From assembly GCF_006345805.1 (NCBI RefSeq), contig NC_043017.1, forward strand, positions 28,768,001 through 28,832,000: a DNA stretch of 64,000 bases, given 5' to 3'. Both the position numbers and the translations under genes were made by a program. Every line of letters starts with the position of its first letter. Position 1 is the first letter of the stretch. This stretch comes from Octopus sinensis (Eukaryota). This document shows positions 39,597 through 52,086 of this stretch, piece after piece. The notes beneath the pieces were generated by a model, which worked only from the letters and a program-made list of their open reading frames with translations, made no database searches and was not told the DNA's origin.

Positions 39597-39817
39597 CGTC
39601 GAGCTGGCAGAAACGTTAGCACGCCGGGCGAAATGCGGTATTTCGTCTGCCGTTACGTTCTGAGTTCAAATTCCGCCGAGGTCGACTTTGCCTTTCATCC
39701 TTTCGGGGTGGATAAATTAAGCACCAGTTACGCACTGGGGTCGATGTAATCGACTTAATCCGTTTGTCTGTCCCTGTTTGTCCCCTTTGTGTTTGGCCCC
39801 TTGTGGGTAGTAAAGAA

Positions 39818-39820
<3 letters not shown>
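39597..39820 (+). mobile_element. SINE family A (tail A1)
   Basis: Near-consensus copy. Confidence 0.92.
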
Positions 39821-39879
<59 letters not shown>

Positions 39880-41386
39880 GTATGTATGTAAATTAAGTTA
39901 GAGATAAAAGAAAACACTATTAGGCTACTCAAACAGTGATAGACATAAACCAAAACATAAAAAACAAAAAATATAATTAATATAATATATAATATATATA
40001 TATAAAATATAAAATTTTAAATTTGAATTATAAATTTTAAATTTTCAAATTTATATAAAAAAATTTTTTTAGATTTTTAAATTTTTAAATTTTTTAATTA
40101 AAAAAAAATTTTAACTTAATTTTTTTTTATATAACTAACTAAAAATATAAAAAAGTTAAATATAATAAGTAATATAAATATATATATATGTATGTAAGTA
40201 TATATATACATAAATATACATACGTTGGTGTGTGTGTGTGTTTCTGCGTATACGTACTACCAAAAAGTAGGCAGTTCTTTAATTTCGTCAGTGAACTAAA
40301 GACAGAAGTGAAAGGCTGTACTCTGAATGTCAAAGGATAAAATGGTAGGCCGACTCCCTTAGTCTTAATAGATAAAAATAAAACTAATTAAAAACGATAA
40401 ATTCTTTAAGGGGTAAGTAGTCTTAAGTTCAGGCAGGACTATGTCCCTTACTGCATTGAAATGTGGGTAACTAAAGACTGGTATATATTTCTATATTTTT
40501 CAGTGTTATACAATGTTATTCGAAATATCAGTTTTTCTATACGTAATACATACGTATGCATATAATTGTGTATGTGTGTGTGTGTGTATCTGGGTGTGCA
40601 GACGTGTTTTATAACTAATTCAACAACTGCGGGAAGCGTTCAATGTTTTACAAAAAAGATGAAATATTCTTCTTTAAATATTTATTAATTTTCTTCTTTT
40701 TATTAAAAAATATTGCAGTACCTGGTGGTGAGATTCCAAAATATAAGTGGTTTAAAATACGGAGCATTAGAATTGAGATAATCAGTGTAAATAATTAATT
40801 GGTGTGAGTAAATATAATGATTGATTGTGTCTAGTATCGTGTGACATATTCTCCAGAGAAATAACTTTTGTTTTCTGTTCGCCTCTCTCTAGTAATCTTG
40901 GCTTTTACAATTGCTGTCTAACATTGTTTATTCACTGGGTATGTAATAATTGATTGTAATTTCACGAGTAATGAGGAAACAGGCTGCTACCTGTAACGGG
41001 TCGAGCATCTTTTTCTGTGTATGCACATGGGAATATATGTGTGCATTCAGGAGCGGATGCATATGTGTGTATGTGTGTCTATGTTATATACATACAGTCA
41101 TTAAAATTTGTATTATTTATTATAGCGGATAAATGAAATAGATGTATATAAAATGGGAACAAACTCAGAAAGCAGCGAAATTTCCTTGGAAATTTCTTTT
41201 GGAAATTTAATACGGAAATGAAAGTGGGGTGTAGAACAAAACTTAATGAAGGAGAGATAAAAATCTTCCTCGTAAACGTAACCTAATTTCAGCTAAATAA
41301 CAGTAGATTCGGTGATGAAGGTGTATATAAATTATATTTCAAAGTGATATAAAAAAAAGTATACTAACGTCGTTCTTTGTTGCCAC

Positions 41387-41760
41387 CTTTACTCTTTTAC
41401 ACTTTTACATGTTTCAGTCATGTGACTGTGGCCATGCTGGAGCAAAGCGACCCTGGACTTATTCTTTGTAAGCCTAGGACTTATTCTATCAGTCACTTTT
41501 TCCGAAACGCTAAGTGACGGGGTCGTAAACACACCAGTATCGGTTATCAAGCGATGTTGGGGGGACAAACACAGACACACAAACACACACGCATATATAT
41601 ATTTATACATATATACGACGGGCTTCTTTCAGTTTCCATCTACGAAATCCACTCACAAGGCTTTGTTGGCCCGAAGCTATAGCAGAAAACACTTGCCCAG
41701 GATACCACGCAGTGGGACTGAACCCGGAACCATGGGTTTCGTAAGCAAGCTAATTACCAC
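41387..41760 (-). mobile_element. SINE family B, diverged
   Basis: Reverse complement of the consensus, with a small deletion and slight 5' truncation. Confidence 0.88.
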
Positions 41761-42712
41761 CTTGTTTATATTTTGTTGATAGATAGTGCCCTGCCATCTA
41801 CGTATTAATGGGTGTCAATCAAGCAATATTTTGATTTTAATGGTGACTGATAAGCCTCAGCTTCTGGAAATATCAGGGCGGGTACACCAAATCTAAAGCA
41901 ATACGGTATTTTTGTTGTTATCAGAGATCACTTTACATTGTATGTATCAGATGGTAGCTGTTGATTTTATTGTTTGAATTATTGGACCCCGTTTCATTTC
42001 AGTTGAGATAAAATTCATTACTTAGGGTATAAACCTATATCGGAAGGAAATCTGGACGGACAGTGAACCATTTGAATGAAGCATGAGAATGCATCTATTT
42101 TTATCATTTATCTCTGGTATACTACATTCAACAGCTTCTGGCATTTACACTGTTACGAGTATATATTTTAACGCTGTAATATTCTTTTAATATATGAATG
42201 TTGAATCGCAAAACCACATCATTATTTCATTTTTGGTAGCAACAAAAACAGAAGGCACATGCAGCCATACGCATACGCACACATTGGCTGTGAGAAATGA
42301 AAACTGTATACAGCTATACCTACATATACACACGCACACACGTAAAATCTCACCCCAGCCAAATTTCTATGAAGAAAATTCCACAGAAATACTAATAAAG
42401 TGTAGACAGAATGTAATAAAATAATACATTGAACACACAGAATGTAACCTCTGAAAAGATATTGCAAATATGCAATAAAAAATATACAGGGTGAACATTA
42501 GTTTTAGCAGATAATCCTAAGAAAATTTCATTTTGTATATTCCTCCATGCATTGCAAATATGTTATTTTTTAAATAAACATAAAAAAAAAACTGTTTACA
42601 CACAAAATGTATCAGAATCCATATTATCTTATGTGTTTCTACACCTCCAGTATTCAATTTTTGCTGAGTATGCATTTTATAATTCTTTTCAGAATACACA
42701 CACACATACCTA

Positions 42713-42714
<2 letters not shown>

Positions 42715-42773
<59 letters not shown>

Positions 42774-42809
42774 ATATATATATATATATATATGTATACA
42801 TACATATAT

Positions 42810-42855
<46 letters not shown>

Positions 42856-42928
42856 TTATGTATATACATATGTATATATACATGCATACATATGTATATA
42901 TATATGTATATATATGTATATATATGTA

Positions 42929-42961
<33 letters not shown>

Positions 42962-42963
42962 TG

Positions 42964-43017
<54 letters not shown>

Positions 43018-43290
43018 TATAGATTCCATAGGTGCTGTCACGAGGCAAGTTAGTATATAATTAGAAATCACTGTCAGCTTTCAATTTGCAACTTATGAAC
43101 ATATATGCATAAATAATATACATACATGCATACATACACTCTACATACATATATATATATACATATATATACATATCCATATATACATATACATACATAC
43201 ATACATATAAATATATATATATATATATATATAATATAAGATATATATATATATATATTTATATAATATATATGTATATATATATATGAT
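42715..43290. repeat. (TA)n arrays
   Basis: Direct reading. Confidence 0.95.
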
Positions 43291-44099
43291 TCTAACTAGA
43301 ACTTGGGGAGTGTTCCTATCATTTATTATCCAACTGTTTTCCATTAAATATTTTCATAATATAAACATTACACACATACAGACATTGTTTACCTGTAGTC
43401 ACGGACAGACATACATACATGACCACAGGTATACATAATTACATATACTCAATAAATATTTTATGCATAATATTAAAAACTGGAATATGCAATAAAGAAT
43501 ATGCACTTCTTCAACATAGAACGTAAGTTAATATAAGCACTTTGCCTGTTCCCTTCAAACATTGTAAAAACTTATATAGATTATATCGGCATGTATTTAC
43601 CCTCGTTCAATTTCCACGAGTTATTTCTTATAATTTGTAGACAGAATATATAAAAGGTATCATATATTTTTAATATATCTCCTTTTCACATACCATATTT
43701 ATTAGGAATTTAAGTTTCTCGCCACCTAGTAAAATATATGCAAATTAGATACATGGCGTCAGCAAGCATCTCGTCAGCAAAATTTCAGATGGCAATTGTT
43801 ATTAAATGATATCGATATCTTAAGATGTATCTTAAGATGTGGTACGGTTAACCTTTGACGAGTGAATAACCATGAATCATGTCATAATAAACGCTTTGTA
43901 TTTGTCTAAGTGACTTTATTGTATCTGAGTTTGACGTGTATATATTATATTTGCATTCGTTACTTATTCGCACTGGGGGCTTTACGTTTAGTAAACCAAT
44001 TACAAATACTCTCGCACAAAAGAATTCACACACACACATATACACGTAAACACATACACACAAGTACATATATGTATGTGTATATATATTAATATATAT

Positions 44100-44322
44100 A
44101 TTCTTTTATTCTTTTACATGTTACAGTCATTTAACTGCGGCAATGCTGGAACACTGCTTTTAGTCGAGCAAATCGAAACGAGGACATTCCGTATAAGCCT
44201 AGTACTTACTCTATCGGTCGCTTCTGTCGAACTGCTAGATTACGGGGACCTAAACATACCAACAGCGATTGTGAAGCGATGGTGAGGCGAGAAACACAGA
44301 CACACAAGAATATATATGTATA
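44100..44322 (-). mobile_element. SINE family B 3' half, diverged
   Basis: ttcttttacatgttacagtcatttaactgcggcaatgctgg through aaacacagacacacaa. Confidence 0.8.
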
Positions 44323-44326
44323 CCCA

Positions 44327-44415
44327 GGGGCATAGGGCGTAGTGGTTAAGAGCGCAGGCTATTAAACCCAAGATTCCAGGCAGCCACGTGAATAATAATA
44401 ATAATAATAATAATG

Positions 44416-44479
<64 letters not shown>

Positions 44480-44625
44480 CATCTAAAAATACCTTAGAAA
44501 TGAGAACCCAGGTTCGAAACTTCCCCAAGACACCTGATGAAGCCTGGAGGATATGCAGCTGAAACGTTGTGTTAACAACAATGAAGATAAGGACAAATAT
44601 CTGTCAAATGTAAATAATGTGAATA

Positions 44626-44628
<3 letters not shown>
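44327..44628 (+). mobile_element. Composite element: tRNA-like head, (AAT)n, Penelope-like terminal segment with HHR
   Basis: Head ggcgtagtggttaagagcgcaggct (A-box present, B-box apparently deleted) at 44327-44390; (AAT)n at 44391-44478; HHR-bearing segment at 44479-44628. Confidence 0.6.
44529..44573 (+). ncRNA. Minimal type I hammerhead ribozyme motif
   Basis: Stem I GACAC/GUGUU; core CUGAUGA at 44534-44540; stem II AGC(C)UG/CAGCU; GAAA at 44561-44564; palindromic stem III ACGU; predicted cleavage after GUU (44568). Confidence 0.75.
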
Positions 44629-44669
<41 letters not shown>

Positions 44670-45197
44670 ATAATATATATATACATATATATACATATAC
44701 ATAGCTATACATATGCATAATCTATATATATATCATATATATATATACATACATATATACATATACATATATTACATATGCATATATATATTATATAATC
44801 TATATATAATATATACATTGTGTGTGTGTGCTACGGTATATTTACGTATCTATATATTATATATAATTATATATATATATCTATATATATATATATATAA
44901 ATACATATAGAGAGAGAGGGAAAGAAAGAGAAGAGAGGAGCATGTATCTATCTGTGTGTGTCTTTGTGTCTATGTTCTTTCGCCCACTCACTGCTTGACA
45001 TCCCATGCTGCTGTAACTTAGCGGCCCAGGAATGAAAAACTATAGAATACGTATCGGGCTTTAAAACAATCCTATTTATCGATAGTGTACAACTAAATCT
45101 TTTCATGTCGATGCTCTACCGTGTCCGCAGTCATATGATTAAAACAAATAAAAGTAAAATGATAGCATAAATACATAGATATATATGTATACATATA

Positions 45198-45594
45198 AGG
45201 CTGTGTGGTAAGTAGCTTGCTAACCAACCACATGGTTCCGGGTTCAGTCCCACTGCGTGGCATCTTGGGCAAGTGCCTTCTGCTATAGCCCCGGGCCAAC
45301 CAAAGCCTTGTGGGTGGATTTGGTAGACGGAAACTGAAAGAAGCCCGTCGTATATATATGTATGCGTGTCTATGTTTGTGTGTCTGTATTTGTCCCCCTA
45401 GCATTGCTTGACAGCCGATGCTGGTATGTTTATGTCCCCGTTACTTAGCGGTTCGGCAAAAAGAGACCGATAGAATAAGTACTGGGCTTACAAAGAATAA
45501 GTCCCGGGGTCGATTTGCTCGACTAAAGGCGGTGCTCCAGCATGGCCGCAGTCAAATGACTGAAACAAGTAAAATAGTAAAAGAGTAAAGAGTA
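45198..45594 (+). mobile_element. SINE family B
   Basis: Near-full copy with tail; a degenerate B-like 3' fragment lies at about 44952-45072. Confidence 0.92.
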
Positions 45595-45929
45595 TATATA
45601 TTTATACATACACACACACAAATATATATATATATATTCTTCATATAATTTAGGATGAAGTAATTAGTTTTGTTGCCAGGAAGGGGAAGAGAGATGTAAG
45701 CGTAAATGCAACTGTCCTTGACGACGCCTCTATTACTCAAAATATATCTGAATTGGAAATACATTCTACTTTGAACTAACTACTTCATGTCATTTGAGAG
45801 GATATCATTCCTGCGCTCCTCCATATAATTTTAAATCATTTCAAACAGCTCCAATATATGAGGGAGTAATGGTATTTTGAAAGGAATATTACTATTCATA
45901 GACATTAAACTTTTTTATTTTGTTATAAT

Positions 45930-46110
45930 AATGGTTTGAAATGGTACAAAGGTAGCAATTTATTGGAAGGCGATGAGTCGATAATATTGACTCCGAAATG
46001 ATGAAAGGTAAACTTGACCTTGGCGGAATTTGAATTCAGAACGTAGCGATGGCCGAAATACCGCTAAACAGTTCGTCCAACGTGCTAACGATTCAGCCAC
46101 TTCACTGCCT
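45930..46110 (-). mobile_element. Degenerate SINE family A (tail A2)
   Basis: ggcggaatttgaattcagaacgtagcg...gtgctaacgattcagcca. Confidence 0.7.
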
Positions 46111-46143
46111 TAATATTGATAATAATAATAATAATAATAATAA

Positions 46144-46184
<41 letters not shown>

Positions 46185-46437
46185 TACTGAAAGTATCACA
46201 TATACCACTAGTGCTATTATAACTCTGTACTATCCATCTACATCGATGTGTATCCCTCCTCCCTCTCTTTCTCTCTCTCTCCCTGTGTATATATATATAT
46301 ATATTTACACTTGTATGTATGTATATACACCCGTACATATATACATATATACATATAAATACATACACACACACATACATATATATATATATATGTGTGT
46401 GTATATACCTATTCATATATAAATTTATGTATATAAA

Positions 46438-46479
<42 letters not shown>

Positions 46480-46600
46480 ATATATTCACACACACACACA
46501 ATATACATATATACATAAACACACATAATGTACACACACATTCGTGTGTGTGTGTGTATGTGTACGTTTTTGTGTGCATGTGTGTGTGTGTGTTGGTGTG

Positions 46601-46674
<74 letters not shown>

Positions 46675-47174
46675 TGAATATTGATTGCCATCAGCAGTGT
46701 ACTTTTTACATTATTCTCGGTTTACAATTGTTTTATTTATTCCAATCTTATCAAGAATGAGAGGAAAGGAATTTTCTTTCCCGAAATAAATTTAATTTGC
46801 GGACAATTCTCTCTTTCATTTACAATTCTAATTGCTAATTTTACTTTTATCTAATGACGTATTTAAGCGGTTTAACATTGTTTCTCAAGAGTGCGAAAGC
46901 AGAATACAATTTGCATATCATTACCATCATTTAATATCTCATTGTAATTGTTAAGTTAGATCAATAAAATAAATACGATTGTCTTTACGACGTTCGTGTT
47001 GTAAGCGTTATAATTCTTATAGTTTTCCTTTGGGGAAAAAGTAAGTTTATTACACCTTCTATGGACGTACATATCTTTAAATACAATAGGACCAACGATT
47101 GGAGGATATATATCTCATGTGTCTGTACTTATATTAGTTTCATACGAATAAGGCAATGCTTCATATAAATATCA

Positions 47175-47205
47175 TAACTACTACTACTGCTGTTGCTGCT
47201 ACTGC

Positions 47206-47247
<42 letters not shown>

Positions 47248-47261
47248 ATATAATAATAATA

Positions 47262-47303
<42 letters not shown>

Positions 47304-47615
47304 TAATAATAACAATAATAATAATAATGATGATGATGATGATGATGATGATGATAATGATGACGATGATGATGACGATGACGATGATCACAATGACGAG
47401 GATGAGGCGTGAGTGTAAAACCCTAACAAGTAATCATTCACCTTCACAAACACCCACCTCCACCCTACGCACCCACACACACGCAGATATGCTATGTATA
47501 TATATATTATATATAATATATATATACTTGTGTGTATATATATTTAAATATATAGAACACATATATATATACCTATATAGATATGTATATATATATATAT
47601 ATACATATATGTATA

Positions 47616-47665
<50 letters not shown>

Positions 47666-47710
47666 GTATGTATATATACATATATATTATTATTATTATC
47701 ATTATTATTA

Positions 47711-47744
<34 letters not shown>

Positions 47745-47815
47745 GTATTAGTATTAGTAGTAGTAGTAGTAGTAGTAGTAGTAGCAGCAGCAGTAGTAGT
47801 AGTAGTGATATTAAT
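47175..47815. repeat. Compound (ACT)n/(AAT)n/(GAT)n/(TA)n/(TAG)n microsatellites
   Basis: Direct reading. Confidence 0.9.
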
Positions 47816-48337
47816 ATTAAGCATTGTCTTATTCGTATTTAAATTTTTAAAATATCTAAAAAAATATAAAAATTTATAAATATAAATTAATAATTTAAAA
47901 TTTAAATAATTTAAATTAAAAAGTTTATATTTTATGTATTTTGTATATTATATTAGGCATTTTTATTTTCATGTTTTGGTTTATGTCTTTCGCTGTTTGA
48001 TTCGCCTAATAGTGGTTTTATCTCTAATTTAATTTATATATATATACATACATACACACACACACCTGGAATACATATACACGCAGCGTATATATATTTA
48101 CACATATTGCGTGTATATGCATCCCACATGTGTACGGGGTTGTGTGCATATGCTCACCTGGACGCCTCAAATAATGATTTAGATAATAGCAAAAAGCATA
48201 ACGTATTTTAGTGTCGTTCCGTTCGATTGTATCTAGAGAAAGCGAATCAGTTTGCTCCGTACATTTTGCGAGAACCCGAGTCTTTCTAGTTGAAGAGAGA
48301 TTATTTGGATTTCTCCCAATATCAGTTATCTGGAATT

Positions 48338-48735
48338 AGTGTGGAGGCGCAATGGCCCAGTGGTTAGGGCAGCGGACTCGCGGTCATAGGATTGCGGTTT
48401 CGTTTCCCAGACCGGGCGTTGTGAGTGTTTATTGAGCGAAAACACCTAAAAAAGCTTCACGAGGCTCCGGCAGGGGATGGTGGTGATCCCTGCTGTACTC
48501 TTTCACCACAACTTTCTCTCACACTTACTTCCTGTTTCTGTTGTACCTGTATTTCAAAGGGCCGGCCTTGTCACTCTCTGTGTCACGCTGAATATCCCCG
48601 AGAACTACGTTAAGGGTGCACGTGTCTGTGGAGTGCTCAGCCACTTACACGTTAATTTCATGAGCAGGCTGTTCCGTTGATTCGGATCAACCGGAATCCT
48701 CATCGTCGTAACCGACGGATTGCTTCCTTCCTTCC
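48338..48735 (+). mobile_element. tRNA-derived SINE family C, tail C1, 12-bp TSD
   Basis: A-box tggcccagtgg, B-box-like ggtttcgtttccc; ends in (ttcc)n; ttatctggaatt at 48326-48337 and 48736-48747. Confidence 0.9.
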
Positions 48736-48897
48736 TTATCTGGAATTTATAGATATTCTCTGTATATATTAAATCATCGCTAGTTAGATAAACACTGCTT
48801 TTAGAAAAGAATTTTATTATTTCCATTTTACTACAATCGAAGTGTTTGAGGAGGTAATCGCTTTACCTCTTGTGTTCTTCTTCTATTTCATTTTAGT

Positions 48898-49126
48898 GGC
48901 GAGCTGGCAGAACCGTTAGCACGCCGGGCGAAATGCGTAGCCGTATTTCGTCTGCCGTTACGTTCTGAGTTCAAATTCCGCCGAGGTCGACTTTGCCTTT
49001 CATCCTTTCTGGGTCGATAGATAAAGTACCAGTTTCGTACTGATGTCGAATTAATCGACTTAATCCCTTTGTCTGTCCTTGTTTGTCCCCTCTATGTTTA
49101 GCCCCCTTGTGGGCAATAAAGAAATA
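48898..49126 (+). mobile_element. SINE family A (tail A1) with 14-bp TSD
   Basis: tatttcattttagt at 48884-48897 and tattttattttagt at 49127-49140. Confidence 0.92.
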
Positions 49127-49626
49127 TATTTTATTTTAGTCTTTTGTTTATACGTTTGCTTTGTGTGTTTTCATAACTTATGCACATGAGGTATTTCTAG
49201 AGTAACTTGTCACGGAAGTAAGATTTAATGAACTAATATCGTATCAAACACATATATCTTTATGGTTTGAGAGAATTAAAATCATTACTAGATATATGGA
49301 GATATTATTCCATAATGGCTGGTATTTGAGTTCGGCTACACGATGGAATGATGTCATAAGCTATATAAAAACGATTAGAGAAACATTTTAGCAATTATTA
49401 CATCGTTGTATGCTTGATAAATTTCACATTTCGTTAATGCTAACCAGGTGTCGACTTAATTTTGCGACACCTGCAACTGTTAAGAGTAAATATTGATATG
49501 TAAAATAATACCAAGCAATTGATATACATACATGCACACATACGCATATATATATATATATATATATCTATATATATATATATATATAATATATATTATA
49601 TATATATATATATGTAAGTATGTACA

Positions 49627-49657
<31 letters not shown>

Positions 49658-49687
49658 CGCGAGAAAGAAGCAACAAGAATGGATAGG

Positions 49688-49777
49688 TTTTAGTACGATC
49701 GTTTCATACAAGGACAGGTTTTATAAAAGTTGCAAAGATTACAGCATATAAACGAGTCCCGTACTCATCAGCTAAAA
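49688..49777 (-). ncRNA. Type I hammerhead ribozyme motif (minus-strand copy)
   Basis: Reverse complement of the motif at 49996-50087; tcatcag at 49765-49771. Confidence 0.78.
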
Positions 49778-49995
49778 TACATGTAAGTTCTCTAGACATC
49801 CTAGTGTTTTGAGGCATAATCATGAAGTAATGTAGATAATTAAACAGATTTCTAAAGTTCAATTAAAGTTCTAAGATGATGTACAGTCTGAATCATCTTT
49901 AAAGAACTTTAATGAACTTTAGAAATCTGTTTAATTATCTACATACTTCATGAGTATAGCCTCAAACACTAGGATGTCTAGAGAACTTACATGTA

Positions 49996-50087
49996 TTTTA
50001 GCTGATGAGTACGGGACTCGTTTATATGCTGTAATCTTTGCAACTTTTAATAAAAACCTGTCCTTGTATGAAACGATCGTACTAAAA
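49996..50087 (+). ncRNA. Type I hammerhead ribozyme motif (plus-strand copy)
   Basis: Stem I UUUUAG/CUAAAA; CUGAUGA at 50002-50008; stem II GUACGGGAC/GUCCUUGUAU with a 42-nt loop; GAAA at 50070-50073; palindromic stem III ACGAUCGU; cleavage triplet GUA (after 50081). Confidence 0.8.
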
Positions 50088-50231
50088 ACCTATCCATTCT
50101 TGTTGCTTCTTTCTCGATTATAATCACCCCACATTACTGTATTGTTAAATCAGTATAGTTTTTTTGGGTGCATCTAAGTTAGGTACCATATTCAAGTAAA
50201 TTTTTTTAAATTAACTTGAATCTTATTGCTC

Positions 50232-50292
<61 letters not shown>

Positions 50293-50324
50293 GTATATAT
50301 GTATGATATATATAATATACGTAT

Positions 50325-50620
50325 ATGGCCTAGTGGTTAGGGCAGCGAACTCCCGGTCGGAGGATCGCGGTTTCGATTCCCAGACCGAGCGTTGTGTGTT
50401 TATTAAGCGAAAACACCTAAAAGCTCCACGAGCTCCGGCAGGGGGTGGTGATCCTTGCTGTACTCTTTCACCATTCTTTCACTCACTCTTTCTTCTGTTG
50501 GCCTGCTCGCTTAGCCAGCGGGGTGGCGTCATTCGAAGGCTAAAACAATGCGAAGTGCATTGAGACCAGCGATGTGTAGCAACATCTGATGGTCTGGTCG
50601 GTCACGTGATCACGTGATAT
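50325..50620 (+). mobile_element. SINE family C, tail C2
   Basis: Same head and body as 48338 but an unrelated tail ending ggtcggtcacgtgatcacgtgat. Confidence 0.88.
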
Positions 50621-50673
50621 ATATATTATCTATATAGTATATTATATATATATATTATATATATATTATATAT

Positions 50674-50724
<51 letters not shown>

Positions 50725-51001
50725 ATATACACATGCACACGCACGTCTTTATTTACTTTAGTTTGATATTATTTCAAAACATTCTCACGAATGAGAAACA
50801 AAATGAAATCATTAACCAACCCAGCAAATCAGCTCTGTTAGAAGATATTCATGGTTACATGGTTATGGCTGCCGTGTGTCAGAACATGAATCGCTGTGCT
50901 TCGAATTCTGTACGGGTATAAATGCACGCATCTATATACCAATGCACGTGTATGCACCTAGCAAACACATTTTATTCTAATATTCTGAAATAATTTACAT
51001 A

Positions 51002-51426
51002 TTACTCTTTACTTTTACTCTTTTACTTGTTTCAGTCATTTGACTGCGGCCATGCTGGAGCACCGCCTTTAGTCGAGCAAATCGACCCCGGGACTTATTT
51101 TTTTTGTAAGCCCAGTACTTATTCTATCGGTCTCTTTTGCCGAACCGCTAAGTGACGGGGACGTAAACACACCAGCATCGGTTGTCAAGCAATGCTAGGG
51201 GGACAAACACACACACACACAAACACACAAACATACACATATATACATATATATACATATATAGGACAGGCTTCTTTCAGTTTCCGTCTACCAAATCCAC
51301 TCACAAGGCTTTGGTCGACCCGGGGCTATAGCAGAAACACTTGCCCAAGGTGCCACGCAGTGCGACTGAACCGGGAACCATGTGGTTGGTTAGCAAGCTA
51401 CTTACCACACAGCCACTCCTGCGCCT
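51002..51426 (-). mobile_element. SINE family B, full length
   Basis: Reverse complement of the consensus. Confidence 0.93.
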
Positions 51427-51600
51427 GTATTCTGACAGTTCATTAATTGAATTTACTTGAAATTTCTACTTACTCGCAGGCTCAACTTTATCTTAGATCT
51501 CTGTTTCTCAAAATGTCTTCAGAATACCTGAGTTACATATTTGAATGCTACAATATTCTTAGATCTAAATTACAATAATTGTAAATATAAATTATAATTA

Positions 51601-51795
51601 TAGGCGCAGGAGTGGCTGTGTGGTAAGTAGCTTGCTTACCAGCCACATGGTTCCGGGTTCAGTCCCACTGCGTGGCACCTTGGGCATGTGTCTTCTACTA
51701 TAGCCTCGGGCCGACCAAAGCCTTGTGAATGAATTTGGTAGACGGAAACTGATAGAAGCCTGTCGTATATATGTATATATATGTATATATGTATA

Positions 51796-51847
<52 letters not shown>

Positions 51848-52086
51848 GTGTGTGTGTGCGTGTATGTTCGTGTGTCTGTGTTTGTCCCCCTAGCATTGCT
51901 TGACAACCGATGATCGTGTGTTTATGTCCCCGTCACTTAGCGGTTCAGCGAAAGAGATCGATAGAATAAGTACTGGGCTTACAAAGAATAAGTCCCGGGG
52001 TCGAGTTGCTCGATTAAAGGCGGTGTTCCAGCATGGCCGCAGTCAACTTACTGAAAAAAGTAAAAGAGTAAAAGAGTAAAAGAGTA
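51601..52086 (+). mobile_element. SINE family B, full length, 9-bp TSD
   Basis: taattatag at 51595-51603 and 52085-52093. Confidence 0.93.

Larger units (their letters stand above)
49660..50116. mobile_element. 457-bp fold-back (inverted repeat) of a Penelope-like terminal sequence
   Basis: Arms 49660-49880 and 49892-50116 are reverse complements with few indels; 11-nt spacer gtacagtctga. Confidence 0.9.

Noticed and set aside
39950-40160. Extreme A/T homopolymer-rich stretch (similar at 47830-47930)
   Set aside because: Looks like degraded (TA)n or low-quality long-read consensus rather than a functional element.
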